Assembly: GCA_965219955.1 (NCBI GenBank)
Contig: OZ244799.1
Location: 3,040,001 to 3,104,000, forward strand
Direction: 5' to 3'
From: a bacterium
Lineage (GTDB): Bacteria; UBA8248
DNA: 64,000 nt
The notes beneath the pieces are model-generated. The model was given only the letters and a program-made list of their open reading frames with translations. It did not search any database and was not told the origin of the DNA. The position numbers and the translations under genes are program-made. The stretch's first letter is position 1. Every line of letters starts with the position of its first letter. This document shows, in pieces, positions 28,582 to 38,303 of the stretch.

Positions 28582-28841
28582 GGGGGTTGTTGAAAAACCC
28601 TGTTTCGGGGTCGGCGGCATGGAAGTTCACGCGGCGCAGGCGCGATGGTTTTGCAGCAGGACAGGCACGGGGAGGCCACGGACAGGCGCAGGAGCCTGTC
28701 CGCTACGGGCGAATGCGGTTTTGATCGTCATTCTGCTTGAAAATGGATTCCGGCTTTCGCCGGAATGACGGCTGTGGTCAATTCCGACCGAGGATGCCTT
28801 TTCAATAAGCCTTTGTCAGGCGGGGTTATTCAACAAGCCCC
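28582..28841. mobile_element. MITE-like composite repeat
   Basis: Ends GGGGTTGTTGAAAAACC ... GGTTATTCAACAAGCCCC form an imperfect inverted repeat; first ~75 bp match 39798-39870; contains a REP remnant and TGGATTCCGGCTTTCGCCGGAATGAC. Confidence 0.55.
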
Positions 28842-28857
28842 TTCGGCGCGGGGCCGT

Positions 28858-30318
28858 TCAATCTGGATTCAGCGCCTCCCCCCCAAAGCGCTCAATCGTC
28901 TCGAGCGTCTCGCGCACGTCGTCCCAGGTCGTGTTGTGGTTGATGATGCAGAACCTGAGCGCGAACTTCCCCTTGAGAAGCGTCGAGGACACGAACGCCT
29001 TGTCGTCCCAGAAGATGCGGGCGAGAATCGTCCTGTTGATCTCCCCCAGGGCTTCCTCGTCGAGGTCCGCCTCCGCCGGATTCACCCGGAAGCACACGAC
29101 CCCCAGCGAGACGGGCGTCAGCATCTCCAGAACCGGACTCTCGCGAACGTACGCCTCGGCACGCTCGGCCAGCTCCATGCCCCTGGAAACAGCCCGCCTG
29201 AACGCGTCCATCCCGAAGGTCTGGACCGACATCCAGACCTTGAGCGCCCGGAACGAGCGGCTCAACTGCAGGCCGCGGTCAGAGAAGTTGGGGTGGTTCG
29301 CGCCCCATATCGTGTCCTGGAGAATATCGTGCCGAACCGCAAACGCCTTTTCGAGCGTGCTCACATCCTTCACGAGCAGCGCGCCCGCCTCGTAGGGCTG
29401 GAAGAACCATTTGTGCGCGTCCATCCCGATCGAATCGGCGCGCTCCATGCCCTTCAAGAGTTCCTTGCCCCGCTCGGTGACGGCCGCGAAGCCGCCGTAG
29501 GCGGCGTCAACGTGCAGCCAGATGCCTTCCGCCTCACAGAAATCCGCCATCTCCACGAGCGGGTCGATGGCCCCCGTGCTGACTGCTCCTGCGTTGGCGC
29601 ACACCGCGACGGGGTGGAGCCCCGCCGCGCGATCTTCCGCCACGGCGCGCTCGAGTTCTCCTGTTTCCAGGCGAAAGCGCGCGTCACTCGGGAGCAGCCT
29701 GATGCGCTCGGGCCGAATACCGATGATACCCGCCGCACGGACGTGCGCGCTGTGGCTCTGATCGCTCATATAGACAGTGGCGCGATCGGGATGACCCGCT
29801 GCTTCACGCGCCGCGACGAAGGCGTCCAGGCTCGCCGCCGAACCTCCGCTCGTGAACAGACCGCCCGCGCCTTCGGGATAGCCGACCCAGCGCCTGAACC
29901 AGTCGATGACGACCAGTTCAAGCTGGCTCGGGCCGCTCGCGACCAGCCAGGTGCATTGGTTGATGGTGTAGCCTGCGGCCATGAAGTCGGCCAGCACCCC
30001 GGGCCAGGTGGGCGAGGCTGAAACAAACGCGAGGGAACGGGGATGGTCCAGACGCAACGAAAACGGGAGAATATCGCGCGCGGCGCGCTCCAGAACCTCC
30101 GCTGCAGGGCGGCCGGTCTCGGGCGGCGCCTCCATCAGTCGTTTTTCGAGCTCCTGCTGAAAATCCCCGTCCCAGGCGCCCTCACCGGGAAGGGTTTCGA
30201 TTCGCTCCACAAGGAGTTCCGCCGCCTTGTGCGCCAGATCGAGCATCTCTTCGGGCGCCATCCGGAGTCCATCGCCCTCCGCAGCCTGCCCTTCTCTTCT
30301 TCCCTCCGGTTTTTCCAT
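28858..30318 (-). CDS. Group II PLP-dependent decarboxylase (aromatic amino acid decarboxylase-like), copy 1
   Basis: TSGGS, LHVDAAYGG, DAHKW (PLP Lys), SRSFRALK. Confidence 0.9.
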   Translation of the reverse strand: MEKPEGRREGQAAEGDGLRMAPEEMLDLAHKAAELLVERIETLPGEGAWDGDFQQELEKRLMEAPPETGRPAAEVLERAARDILPFSLRLDHPRSLAFVSASPTWPGVLADFMAAGYTINQCTWLVASGPSQLELVVIDWFRRWVGYPEGAGGLFTSGGSAASLDAFVAAREAAGHPDRATVYMSDQSHSAHVRAAGIIGIRPERIRLLPSDARFRLETGELERAVAEDRAAGLHPVAVCANAGAVSTGAIDPLVEMADFCEAEGIWLHVDAAYGGFAAVTERGKELLKGMERADSIGMDAHKWFFQPYEAGALLVKDVSTLEKAFAVRHDILQDTIWGANHPNFSDRGLQLSRSFRALKVWMSVQTFGMDAFRRAVSRGMELAERAEAYVRESPVLEMLTPVSLGVVCFRVNPAEADLDEEALGEINRTILARIFWDDKAFVSSTLLKGKFALRFCIINHNTTWDDVRETLETIERFGGEALNPD

Positions 30319-30433
30319 TACGCATCTCCACCGCCTTGCGGCTTCAGAATAGATTATAGAGTAACCCCGAGTAGACTCACGCAGGTCATTCTCCAAACGC
30401 TACAGGAGTCGGGAAACGCAGGGAAGCGACTTC

Positions 30434-31897
30434 CTAACCATTTTCCTTTACCAAAGCCTCCCCCCCAAAGCGCTCAATCGTCTCGAGCGTCTCGCGCACG
30501 TCGTCCCAGGTCGTGTTGTGACTGGTGATGCAGAACCGGAGCGCGAACTTCCCCTTGAGAAGGGTGGAGGACACGAACGCCTTGTCGTCCCAGAAGATGC
30601 GGGCGAGAACCGTCCTGTTGATCTCCTCGATCGCATCCTCGTCGAGGTCCGCCTCCGCCGGATTGACCCGGAAGCACACGACCCCCAGCGATACGGGCGT
30701 CAGCATCTCCAGATGCGGGCTCTCGCGAACGTACGCCTCGGCACGCTCGGCCAGCTCCATGCCCCTGGAAACAGCTTGCCTGAACGCGTCCATCCCGAAG
30801 GTCTGCACCGACATCCAGACCTTGAGCGCCCGGAACGAGCGGCTCAGCTGCAGGCCGCGATCCGAGAAGTTCGGGTGGTTCGCGCCCCATATCGTGTCCT
30901 GGAGGATATCGTGCCGAACCGCAAACGCGCGTTCGAGCGTACTCACGTCTTTCACGAGCAGCGCGCCCGCCTCGTAGGGCTGGAAGAACCATTTGTGCGC
31001 GTCCATCCCGATGGAATCGGCGCGCTCCATGCCGCGCAGGAGCTCCTTGCCCCGCTCGGTGACGACCGCGAATCCGCCGTAGGCGGCGTCGACGTGCAGC
31101 CATACGTCTTCCGCCTCGCAGAAATCCGCCATCTCCCCGAGCGGGTCGATGGCTCCCGTGCTGGACGCGCCGGCGTTGGCGCACACCGCGATGGGGTGGA
31201 GCCCCGCCGCGCGGTCCTCGGCTACGGCGCGCTCGAGCGCCTCCATGTCCAGGCGGAAGCGTTCATCACACGGGAGCAGCCTGATGCGCTCGGGCCGAAT
31301 ACCGATGATCCGCGCCGCGCGGACGTGCGCGCTGTGGCTCTGATCGGCCATGTAGACGCTCGCGCGGTCGGGATCACCCGCCGCTTCGCGCGCCGCGACG
31401 AAGGCGTCCAGGCTCGCCGCCGAACCTCCGCTCTTGAACAGGCCACCTGCGCCCTCGGGATAGCCGATCCATCGCCGGAACCAGTCGATGACGACGAGTT
31501 CGATCTGGCTCGGGCCGCTCGCGACCAGCCAGGTGCATTGGTTGACGTGGAAGCCTGCGGCCATGAAGTCCGCCAGCACCCCGGGCCAGGTGGGCGTGGA
31601 GGGTATGAAGCCGAAGAAGCGGGGATGATCGTTGCGCCCCGTGAGGGGGAGTATCTCGCGCGCGGCGCGCTCCAGAACCTCCACCGCAGGGCTGCCTTCC
31701 TCGGGCGGATCCGCCATCAGTTGCTTTTCGAGCTCCTGCTGGAAATCCCCGTCCCAGGCGCCCTCCCCGGGAAGATTCTCGATTCGCTCCACAAGGAGCT
31801 CCGCCGCCCTGTGCGCCAGATCCAGCATCGCCTCGGGCGTCATACGCAGGCTGTTGATCTCCGAGCCCGACGCCTCTTTTCTCTCGGAACTCGCCAT
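30434..31897 (-). CDS. Group II PLP-dependent decarboxylase, copy 2 (tandem paralogue)
   Basis: Same motifs; near-identical to copy 1 over most of its length. Confidence 0.9.
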   Translation of the reverse strand: MASSERKEASGSEINSLRMTPEAMLDLAHRAAELLVERIENLPGEGAWDGDFQQELEKQLMADPPEEGSPAVEVLERAAREILPLTGRNDHPRFFGFIPSTPTWPGVLADFMAAGFHVNQCTWLVASGPSQIELVVIDWFRRWIGYPEGAGGLFKSGGSAASLDAFVAAREAAGDPDRASVYMADQSHSAHVRAARIIGIRPERIRLLPCDERFRLDMEALERAVAEDRAAGLHPIAVCANAGASSTGAIDPLGEMADFCEAEDVWLHVDAAYGGFAVVTERGKELLRGMERADSIGMDAHKWFFQPYEAGALLVKDVSTLERAFAVRHDILQDTIWGANHPNFSDRGLQLSRSFRALKVWMSVQTFGMDAFRQAVSRGMELAERAEAYVRESPHLEMLTPVSLGVVCFRVNPAEADLDEDAIEEINRTVLARIFWDDKAFVSSTLLKGKFALRFCITSHNTTWDDVRETLETIERFGGEALVKENG

Positions 31898-32136
31898 CTT
31901 GCCTCCCCTGTCGTCCAGAACGACTAAAATACGCCGTGAATCCAAGACGCCGGCGCAAGGCTCCGCCTCGCTCAACTCCCTTCACCAGAAGCCCTGGGTT
32001 AAAGCGGAGATGCCGGGATTTTCCGATTTTATGTCTATCCAATATGGCCGACCGGCACCATTCAGTCAAGAAAAATTCCAGGACTTCCATTTCCGCCGGA
32101 GCACAGGTAGCATGCGTCCAGGACGCCGAAAAGGGA

Positions 32137-32158
32137 ATTGTGACAGAAATGTAACAAT
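32137..32158. promoter_or_regulatory. Putative regulator binding site in the divergent decarboxylase/STAS intergenic region
   Basis: ATTGTGACA-GAAA-TGTAACAAT: 8/9 inverted repeat, also GTnAC-N6-GTnAC direct repeat. Confidence 0.45.
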
Positions 32159-32379
32159 GAGTTGCCAAACGCGAAGAAATTCTATATGGTGTGGACCGCT
32201 TTTCTCAGAGAAGTAGTCCCGTATGACTGCGCTGTTTGTCCGGGAATCAGGGGATGCGCTTGCGTTCATACGAAATGAGGCATTACGCTGGACATATTAT
32301 TTTTGCTGCCTAAGCATACACTCTCGGGATATCGGGTCTATAACGAAAAATCTCACGCTGTTGGGAGGCAGAGCCAAGC

Positions 32380-32718
32380 ATGGAAATCAAGACTGAACAG
32401 GAAAACGGAACCTTGGTTGTGCAGGTTGATGGCCGAATCGACGGCGCTACCGCCCCTGAATTCGAGAGCACGATAAAGAACGTAATCAGCGATGGCGACC
32501 GCGCCGTCATTGTAAATTTCGAGGGTGTCTCATATATCAGCAGCGCCGGCCTCCGCGCCGTCCTGCTGGTCGCCAAGCAGCTAAGCCAAAGCAATACGAA
32601 GTTCGCCCTGTTCGCGCTCGGGGAGCTGACGCGCGAAGTTTTCGAGATATCCGGTTTCGACCGCATCATACAGATCCACGAGTCGAAAGCGGACGCGCTC
32701 GCCGCAACCACAAGCTGA
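32380..32718 (+). CDS. STAS-domain anti-sigma factor antagonist (RsbV/SpoIIAA-like)
   Basis: GRID, YISSAGLR with phosphoacceptor Ser, VFEISGF. Confidence 0.92.
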   Translation: MEIKTEQENGTLVVQVDGRIDGATAPEFESTIKNVISDGDRAVIVNFEGVSYISSAGLRAVLLVAKQLSQSNTKFALFALGELTREVFEISGFDRIIQIHESKADALAATTS

Positions 32719-32719
32719 G

Positions 32720-32756
32720 GGCCGGAAAGCAAAAGGGGTAAAACGCTTTCCTGGCC
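32720..32756. terminator. Hairpin between convergent STAS and kinase genes
   Basis: GGCCGGAAAGC...GCTTTCCTGGCC. Confidence 0.35.
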
Positions 32757-32862
32757 GCCTCGCCTTCCGGCTCCGCGCGTCCCGGTTCTCTGCGCGGCCG
32801 CAACAATCCTTCAACTTTCTCGATATTTTCTCAAATCTTCCGGTGCGGGGAGTCGGCGCGGA

Positions 32863-35055
32863 TCACCGCGGCAACTCGATGATCATCTCCGTGAATTCGT
32901 CCGGCTCGGTTTCGACCCGTATGTTTCCCCCATGCTGACGAATAATGTCGCTGGAAAGGGAAAGGCCGAGACCGGTGCCCTTGTCCGTCGGCTTGGTCGT
33001 GAAGAAGGGGTTGAATATCTTCTCGGCGACGTCGGGAGGCATCCCGCTCCCGTTGTCCCGAATGCGGACTTCAATGCCGTCCGGCCTGCACCTGGTGACG
33101 ACCTTCAGGGTGGGATCGTAGCGCGGCGCATCTTCGGCGGCTGAGGCGGCGAGACTTTTTCGTCTCTCGTCGGTGGCGTAGCAGGCGTTGCTCACCATGT
33201 TCAGGAAGACGCGGCCCAAATCCTGCGGGATGACATCGCATTCCACCATATCCGGATCCAGGTCCCAATCGAGCGTGAGGTTGAAGTTCGGGTCGGCCGC
33301 CCGGGCGCTGTGATAGGCAAGACGCGCGTGTTCCTCGATCAGGGTATTGATGTTGGTCGGCTGCGCTTCGCCCGAACCCCTGCCCATCTGGAGCATGCTC
33401 TCCACGATGTTGTTGGCCCGCTCCCCATGCTCGCGGATGCGCTGGAGGTTCCCGGTGAGGTCTTCGCCGATTTCGTTGATAATCTCGGCAGGATCCTCCT
33501 CGTCCTGTTTTTTCTCCTCCTCCTTCGCTTCCTGTCCGTTTTCCTGTCCGTTGCCGCTATGATCGAATACTTTCTCCAGCTCTTCCTTCAATTCCTCCAT
33601 CAACTCTTCGGAGACTTCCGAGAAGTTCTTGATGAAGTTCAGCGGATTCCTGATCTCGTGGGCGACGCCCGCCGTCAGTTCACCGAGCGCCGCCAGTTTC
33701 TCGCGCATGACGATCTGATCCTGCGCTTTCTCCAGATCGCCCAGCGCGCTTTCGAGTTCGTCGTTCTTGGCCTTGATCTCTTCGGCCAGTTTCTCCACCA
33801 GGTTCAGGCGCTGCACCTCCAGAGCGTGGCGGCGAAAGATCTCGAGCGCCGCGGCCATTTCCGCGACTTCGTCCTGCCCGCCGATATCGACTTTCTCCTC
33901 CAGGTCGCCGTCGGCCATGCGGCGCATGCGGTCCGAGAGACGCCCGAGCCGACGCGACAGCACACGGCCGATGAACAGCCACCCGATCAGCACGGCGCCG
34001 ATGAAGCTGATGGCGCTCAGCGCCAGCAGGATGTTGCTGCCGGTGCTGACGGCCTGGGCGGAATCCTGGGTGGCCTGGCGCGCGCTCTTGCGGGCCGTGC
34101 TCACCAGCGTTTCGGTAGCGGCAAGGATTTTCGCTTCCAGAGATTCGTGGAACGCGAGCAACTCGCCCTGTTTCCTCTCGAGCGCCAGTTCGCGGGCGCG
34201 CAGGTTGAAGCCCCCCTCCTCCCCGATGCTCAACTCGAGCATCTGTTCGAAGAGCGGCTCGAGAGCGTCGCGCACCGGAACCTTTCCGAGCGCGACCAAG
34301 CGCCGCCTGATGCCGCGCATCGTGGCCTCGAACCGCTCGCGCAGCGGCTCGAGCAGGGCGGCGTCCGATACGCTGAAGGCGGTGGCGAGAAGCTGCGCAG
34401 CGATGGTGGCGTCCGACCGCAAACCGGCGATGTAGCGGTAGAGGTTAATCCCCTCCTCCGAGAAGTGTTTCTCTCTGGAGACGGGCACCTTGTCGATTGT
34501 CCGGTAGCCCGTCATCGCGAAGAACAACTGATCGTCGATGGCGGGAACCATGACGCCGGTCAGTTCCTTGCGCACCCACGTGAGCTGGAGTTGCAGGGTA
34601 TCGCGCAGATCGGTGAGGTCGAAGCGCTGCAGCACCAGTCGTTTGATGGCGTTGAGGTTCTCGATCAGCACATTGCCGAGCTTTTTGATGCGCAAGGAGA
34701 TTTCCTCGTTGCCCCCCTGGCGTATCAGCGACGCCAGGGCCGTCTCGAACGCCTCCTGATCCTTTGCGACCTCGGTGGCTATCTGGTCCAGGTTGTCGGG
34801 ATTCACGACGGCGGCCAGGCGCGGCGCGGCAGCGACCAGGCCACTGCTTTTCTGTGCGGTCTCGAAGGCGCTCGCCAGGAACGGAACGGTGCCCTCGTTC
34901 ACGCGGTTCTGCACCTGCGCCACGAAACCGAACGAAACCCATGCGACCACGCTCGCGATGACGGTGAGAGAAGCGGCGGCGCCGATGCTGAGGTAGAGCT
35001 GCGTCGATATCTTGTAGCGTTTGTCCAGGAGGTTTTTGAGCGCGACTTTCATCAC
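32863..35055 (-). CDS. Membrane sensor histidine kinase (large helical periplasmic domain, HAMP, HisKA, HATPase)
   Basis: Two TM segments, HAMP (DEVAEMA), H-box [10 protein letters not shown]1/F/G2 boxes (NMVSNA, DNGSG, FFTTK, GTGLGL). Confidence 0.92.
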   Translation of the reverse strand: MMKVALKNLLDKRYKISTQLYLSIGAAASLTVIASVVAWVSFGFVAQVQNRVNEGTVPFLASAFETAQKSSGLVAAAPRLAAVVNPDNLDQIATEVAKDQEAFETALASLIRQGGNEEISLRIKKLGNVLIENLNAIKRLVLQRFDLTDLRDTLQLQLTWVRKELTGVMVPAIDDQLFFAMTGYRTIDKVPVSREKHFSEEGINLYRYIAGLRSDATIAAQLLATAFSVSDAALLEPLRERFEATMRGIRRRLVALGKVPVRDALEPLFEQMLELSIGEEGGFNLRARELALERKQGELLAFHESLEAKILAATETLVSTARKSARQATQDSAQAVSTGSNILLALSAISFIGAVLIGWLFIGRVLSRRLGRLSDRMRRMADGDLEEKVDIGGQDEVAEMAAALEIFRRHALEVQRLNLVEKLAEEIKAKNDELESALGDLEKAQDQIVMREKLAALGELTAGVAHEIRNPLNFIKNFSEVSEELMEELKEELEKVFDHSGNGQENGQEAKEEEKKQDEEDPAEIINEIGEDLTGNLQRIREHGERANNIVESMLQMGRGSGEAQPTNINTLIEEHARLAYHSARAADPNFNLTLDWDLDPDMVECDVIPQDLGRVFLNMVSNACYATDERRKSLAASAAEDAPRYDPTLKVVTRCRPDGIEVRIRDNGSGMPPDVAEKIFNPFFTTKPTDKGTGLGLSLSSDIIRQHGGNIRVETEPDEFTEMIIELPR

Positions 35056-36236
35056 TTCTCCGGCCGCCGCATTTTTTCGGTCGGAATGTAGCGGCCGCCT
35101 TCTCCGACGACGGTCATGAAAACGGCGTCCGAACCCTGGTTGTCGCCTTTACCGTAGCGGAGCATGAATCCGCCGAGATCGATGGCGGCCACGCGGCGCA
35201 GTTCCTCGAGAAGGCAGGCGCGATCGGGATTGCGCCCGCACAGTTCGAGGGCGCGGATGGTCAGCCTGCCGGCCATATAGCCTTCGAAGGAGACGAAGCT
35301 GGGAACCGTGCCGGGTTTGTGAACCTCCAGATCCCGCCGGTAGTCCGCCGCGATCTTGAGATTTTCCGTCGTCGGGAAAGGAACCACCTGGGTGACATAG
35401 ATGCCGATGCCGGCGGGGCCGAGTTCACGCACGAGCGCATTGCTGCCCACGAACGAGATCGTCACGAAAATCGGATTGAAACCCGTATGGCGCGCCCAGG
35501 CGATGAAGGAAGCGACCGGCTTGTAGGCTCCCACGAGAACCACCGCTCCGGGGTTCACGCGCCTGATGTCGAGCAGGGCCGTCTTGACCGCCGTCGTATT
35601 CCGTGGATAGACGCCGGTGACCGCCGGTTTGAGTTTGCGCCGCTCAAGCGCGCGGCGAACGCCCCGGTAGCCCGCCAGGCCGAAAGAATCGTCCTGATAG
35701 AGCACGGCGATCTTCTTGATCCCTAAGTCGTTGATCAGCCGGTTCACCATCTCCTCGGTCTCCTGAAAGTAGGAAGCGCGCAGGTTGATCACGTTCTTCC
35801 ATTTCGGATCGCGCAAGAAGGCGGCGCCGGTGAAGGGCGCGATGTAGGGGACGCCCGCTTTTGCGGCGACCGGGGTGGCCGAGCGCGAGGTGGGCGTGCC
35901 GACGGCACCGATGAGCGCGAAGACCTTGCTCTGCTCTATCAACCGGCGCGTGTTCAGGATGGCGGCTTCGGGTTCATAGGCATCGTCGAGGGAGGTGAGT
36001 TCGAGCCGGCGCCCGTGAACGCCGCCGCGCACGTTCGCCGCACGGAAAGCGGCTTCGATGCCAAGGCGCATCTCCTCGCCCAGAGCCCTCGCGGGCCCGG
36101 TGAAGGCTGCAGATTGTCCGAAAAGGATCCGCTGGGGGGAAACGCCGGGCACGGCCGCCTGCGCTCCCGACGCCGCGCAGATGAGCACTCCGGCGAGGAG
36201 GGTGAACGCCAGGCGGATTCGTCGCGGAAGCCTCAT
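35052..36236 (-). CDS. Periplasmic ligand-binding protein, type 1 (LivJ-like fold)
   Basis: Signal peptide, GQSAAFTGP, GGVHGRRLEL..DDAYEP, YQDDSFG; no permease nearby. Confidence 0.88.
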   Translation of the reverse strand: MRLPRRIRLAFTLLAGVLICAASGAQAAVPGVSPQRILFGQSAAFTGPARALGEEMRLGIEAAFRAANVRGGVHGRRLELTSLDDAYEPEAAILNTRRLIEQSKVFALIGAVGTPTSRSATPVAAKAGVPYIAPFTGAAFLRDPKWKNVINLRASYFQETEEMVNRLINDLGIKKIAVLYQDDSFGLAGYRGVRRALERRKLKPAVTGVYPRNTTAVKTALLDIRRVNPGAVVLVGAYKPVASFIAWARHTGFNPIFVTISFVGSNALVRELGPAGIGIYVTQVVPFPTTENLKIAADYRRDLEVHKPGTVPSFVSFEGYMAGRLTIRALELCGRNPDRACLLEELRRVAAIDLGGFMLRYGKGDNQGSDAVFMTVVGEGGRYIPTEKMRRPEK

Positions 36237-36652
36237 TCACTCCTCCGCTTGACAAGGCGCATGTGGTTCTTGTTCTCCTCCCGTCGATAGGTCACATCGT
36301 CCATCATCGTCCGCACCAGGTGGATGCCGAGTCCTCCCACGGCGCGGTCTTCAATGCCCGATTCCGTGTCCGGCTCGGGCGCGTCGGTCAGGGGATCGAA
36401 CGGCCGGCCGTCGTCGATGATATCGATGATCACCGCCTCGGGGTCCGAGACGAGTTCGATGTTGATTTCACCTTCTCCGCCGCGGCTTCCGTGGTTCACG
36501 ACGTTGAGCACCAATTCTTCGAGCACGAGGTCGACCTGGAATTCGATGTCCGGCGGCCAATCCTGCTCCCGGCTGAATTCCCCGATCGCGGATTGAATGC
36601 GTGGGAGGTCGGCAGCTTCGAACCCCATTGTCAAAGATAGTTTCGCGCTCAT
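36233..36652 (-). CDS. RsbW/SpoIIAB-like anti-sigma Ser kinase (HATPase_c_2)
   Basis: EELVLNVVNHG, DDGRPFDP, GGLGIHLV. Confidence 0.9.
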   Translation of the reverse strand: MSAKLSLTMGFEAADLPRIQSAIGEFSREQDWPPDIEFQVDLVLEELVLNVVNHGSRGGEGEINIELVSDPEAVIIDIIDDGRPFDPLTDAPEPDTESGIEDRAVGGLGIHLVRTMMDDVTYRREENKNHMRLVKRRSE

Positions 36653-37866
36653 TCACTCTCTCCGCGGCGATAAAGGGTCAGGCAGGTAATGTCATCGAAT
36701 TGAGGAGCCTTGCCCGCGAAAGCATTCACCTCCTCGAAAACCTTCGTGTTGATTTCCCGGGCCGAGGCAGGCGACGAACCGCCGAGGATATCCCGAAGGC
36801 GCTCGAGACCGAACTGTTCTGCCTTCTCGTTCTCCGCCTCCGTCACCCCGTCGGTGTAGAGAATGAGGGCGTCGCCGGGAGCGAGAGTCGCGTTGTACAT
36901 ATCGTAGCTGAAATCAGGCGCGATCCCCAGAGCGACGCCCGGATCCTGGGAAAGCAAACTCGAGGAGCCGTCGGCGTGAAGGACGAGCGGGGGATTGTGG
37001 CCGCCGTTGGAGTAAACGAGTTCCCCGGTATTGGAATCGTAAATCGCGAAGAAGACGGTGACGAACATCGCGGCGTCGTTGTTCTCCTGGAGCAGGCGGT
37101 TCACCTCGCTCAGCACTTCGCCGGGGCGAAGCAGGCGGTTCACCTCGCCGAGCACATCGCCCGGATTGGCGCGCGCGACGGCGACGCTGTTGAGCAGCGT
37201 GCGGCTCGACATCATGAAAAGCGCGGCGGGCACCCCCTTGCCGGAAACGTCGGCGACCGTGATGCCGAGGCGGCCGTCGGAGAGGTCTATCACGTCGAAG
37301 AAATCGCCCCCCACGTCGCGGGCGGGCTCCATGCCCCCGAATATCTCGTAGTGGGGGCTTTCGGGAAACCGGGTCGGCAGGATCGACTGCTGCATCTTGC
37401 TGGCCAGGTCGAGGTCGCTTCTCAGCGCGACCAGCTTGTCGCGCGCCTCGAGTGCTTCGCGCAGCATGGTGAGATGCTCCAGGGTCCGCTCTATGGTGAT
37501 CCGCAAATCCTCGAAGTCGATCGGCTTGGTGACGAAGTCGAACGCGCCCCTGTTCATCGCCGTTCGAATGTTCTTCATGTCCCCGTAAGCCGAGACGACC
37601 ACGGAGCGCACGTTGGGGTCGACCGAGGGGATTTGCTTGAGCAGCGTGAGGCCGTCCATCTCCGGCATGTTGATGTCGGTGAGCACCATGTCGATAGAAT
37701 CGGCGCCGTCGTTTTCGTTCAGGCGTTCGAGCGCTTCGACTCCGTTGCGGGCGAAGACGAACGAATAGCGGCCTCTTCGAATCTCGCGCCGCATGCGCTG
37801 CAGTACGAGCTGCTCGAGATCGGGCTCGTCGTCGACCACGAGTATCCTGTGCGGCTCTTCCATCAT
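36649..37866 (-). CDS. Response regulator-PP2C (SpoIIE/RsbU-like) phosphatase
   Basis: REC (VVDDE, TDINMP, KP) plus GGDFFD, ADVSGKG, YTDGVTE, DDIT. Confidence 0.92.
   Translation of the reverse strand: MMEEPHRILVVDDEPDLEQLVLQRMRREIRRGRYSFVFARNGVEALERLNENDGADSIDMVLTDINMPEMDGLTLLKQIPSVDPNVRSVVVSAYGDMKNIRTAMNRGAFDFVTKPIDFEDLRITIERTLEHLTMLREALEARDKLVALRSDLDLASKMQQSILPTRFPESPHYEIFGGMEPARDVGGDFFDVIDLSDGRLGITVADVSGKGVPAALFMMSSRTLLNSVAVARANPGDVLGEVNRLLRPGEVLSEVNRLLQENNDAAMFVTVFFAIYDSNTGELVYSNGGHNPPLVLHADGSSSLLSQDPGVALGIAPDFSYDMYNATLAPGDALILYTDGVTEAENEKAEQFGLERLRDILGGSSPASAREINTKVFEEVNAFAGKAPQFDDITCLTLYRRGESE
37091..37168. repeat. In-frame 39-bp tandem duplication inside the PP2C domain
   Basis: Encodes PGDVLGEVNRLLR PGEVLSEVNRLL. 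Confidence 0.85.
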
Positions 37867-38303
37867 GGCCTCCCTTCCGCCAGCATCTTGTCGCGCGCCT
37901 CGAAGGCTTCCCGCACCGACTTGAGATGCTCCAGAGACCTCTCGATGGTCAGCCGCAGGTCCTCGAAATCGAGCGGCTTGTTGAGGAAATCGAACGCGCC
38001 CCTGTTCATCGCCGTGCGGATGTTCTTCATGTCCCCGTACGCAGAAACGATCACGCAGCGCAGCTTGGGGTCGAACGCCGGAATCTGCTCGAGCAGCGTG
38101 AGGCCGTCCATCTCCGGCATGTTGATGTCCGTGATGACGATGTCGATTCCATCGTCCTCGTTCAGGCGCTCGAGCGCCTCGACCCCGTTGCGGGCGAAGA
38201 CGAACGAATAGCGGCCGCTGCGAATTTCGCGCCGCATGCGCTGCAGCACCAGGCCTTCCAGGTCGGGTTCATCGTCGACCACGAGTATCTTGTACGAATC
38301 CAT
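37863..38303 (-). CDS. Stand-alone receiver protein, paralogue of the REC domain of the downstream phosphatase
   Basis: VVDDE, TDINMP, SAYGD, KP; highly similar to the first ~145 aa of 36649..37866. Confidence 0.88.
   Translation of the reverse strand: MDSYKILVVDDEPDLEGLVLQRMRREIRSGRYSFVFARNGVEALERLNEDDGIDIVITDINMPEMDGLTLLEQIPAFDPKLRCVIVSAYGDMKNIRTAMNRGAFDFLNKPLDFEDLRLTIERSLEHLKSVREAFEARDKMLAEGRP

Noticed and set aside
33310-35091. Long antisense or alternative-frame ORFs (also 4656-5684, 11785-13518, 36601-38211, 39802-42042, 55463-57148)
   Set aside because: Shadow ORFs of well-supported genes, expected in high-GC DNA; no recognisable motifs
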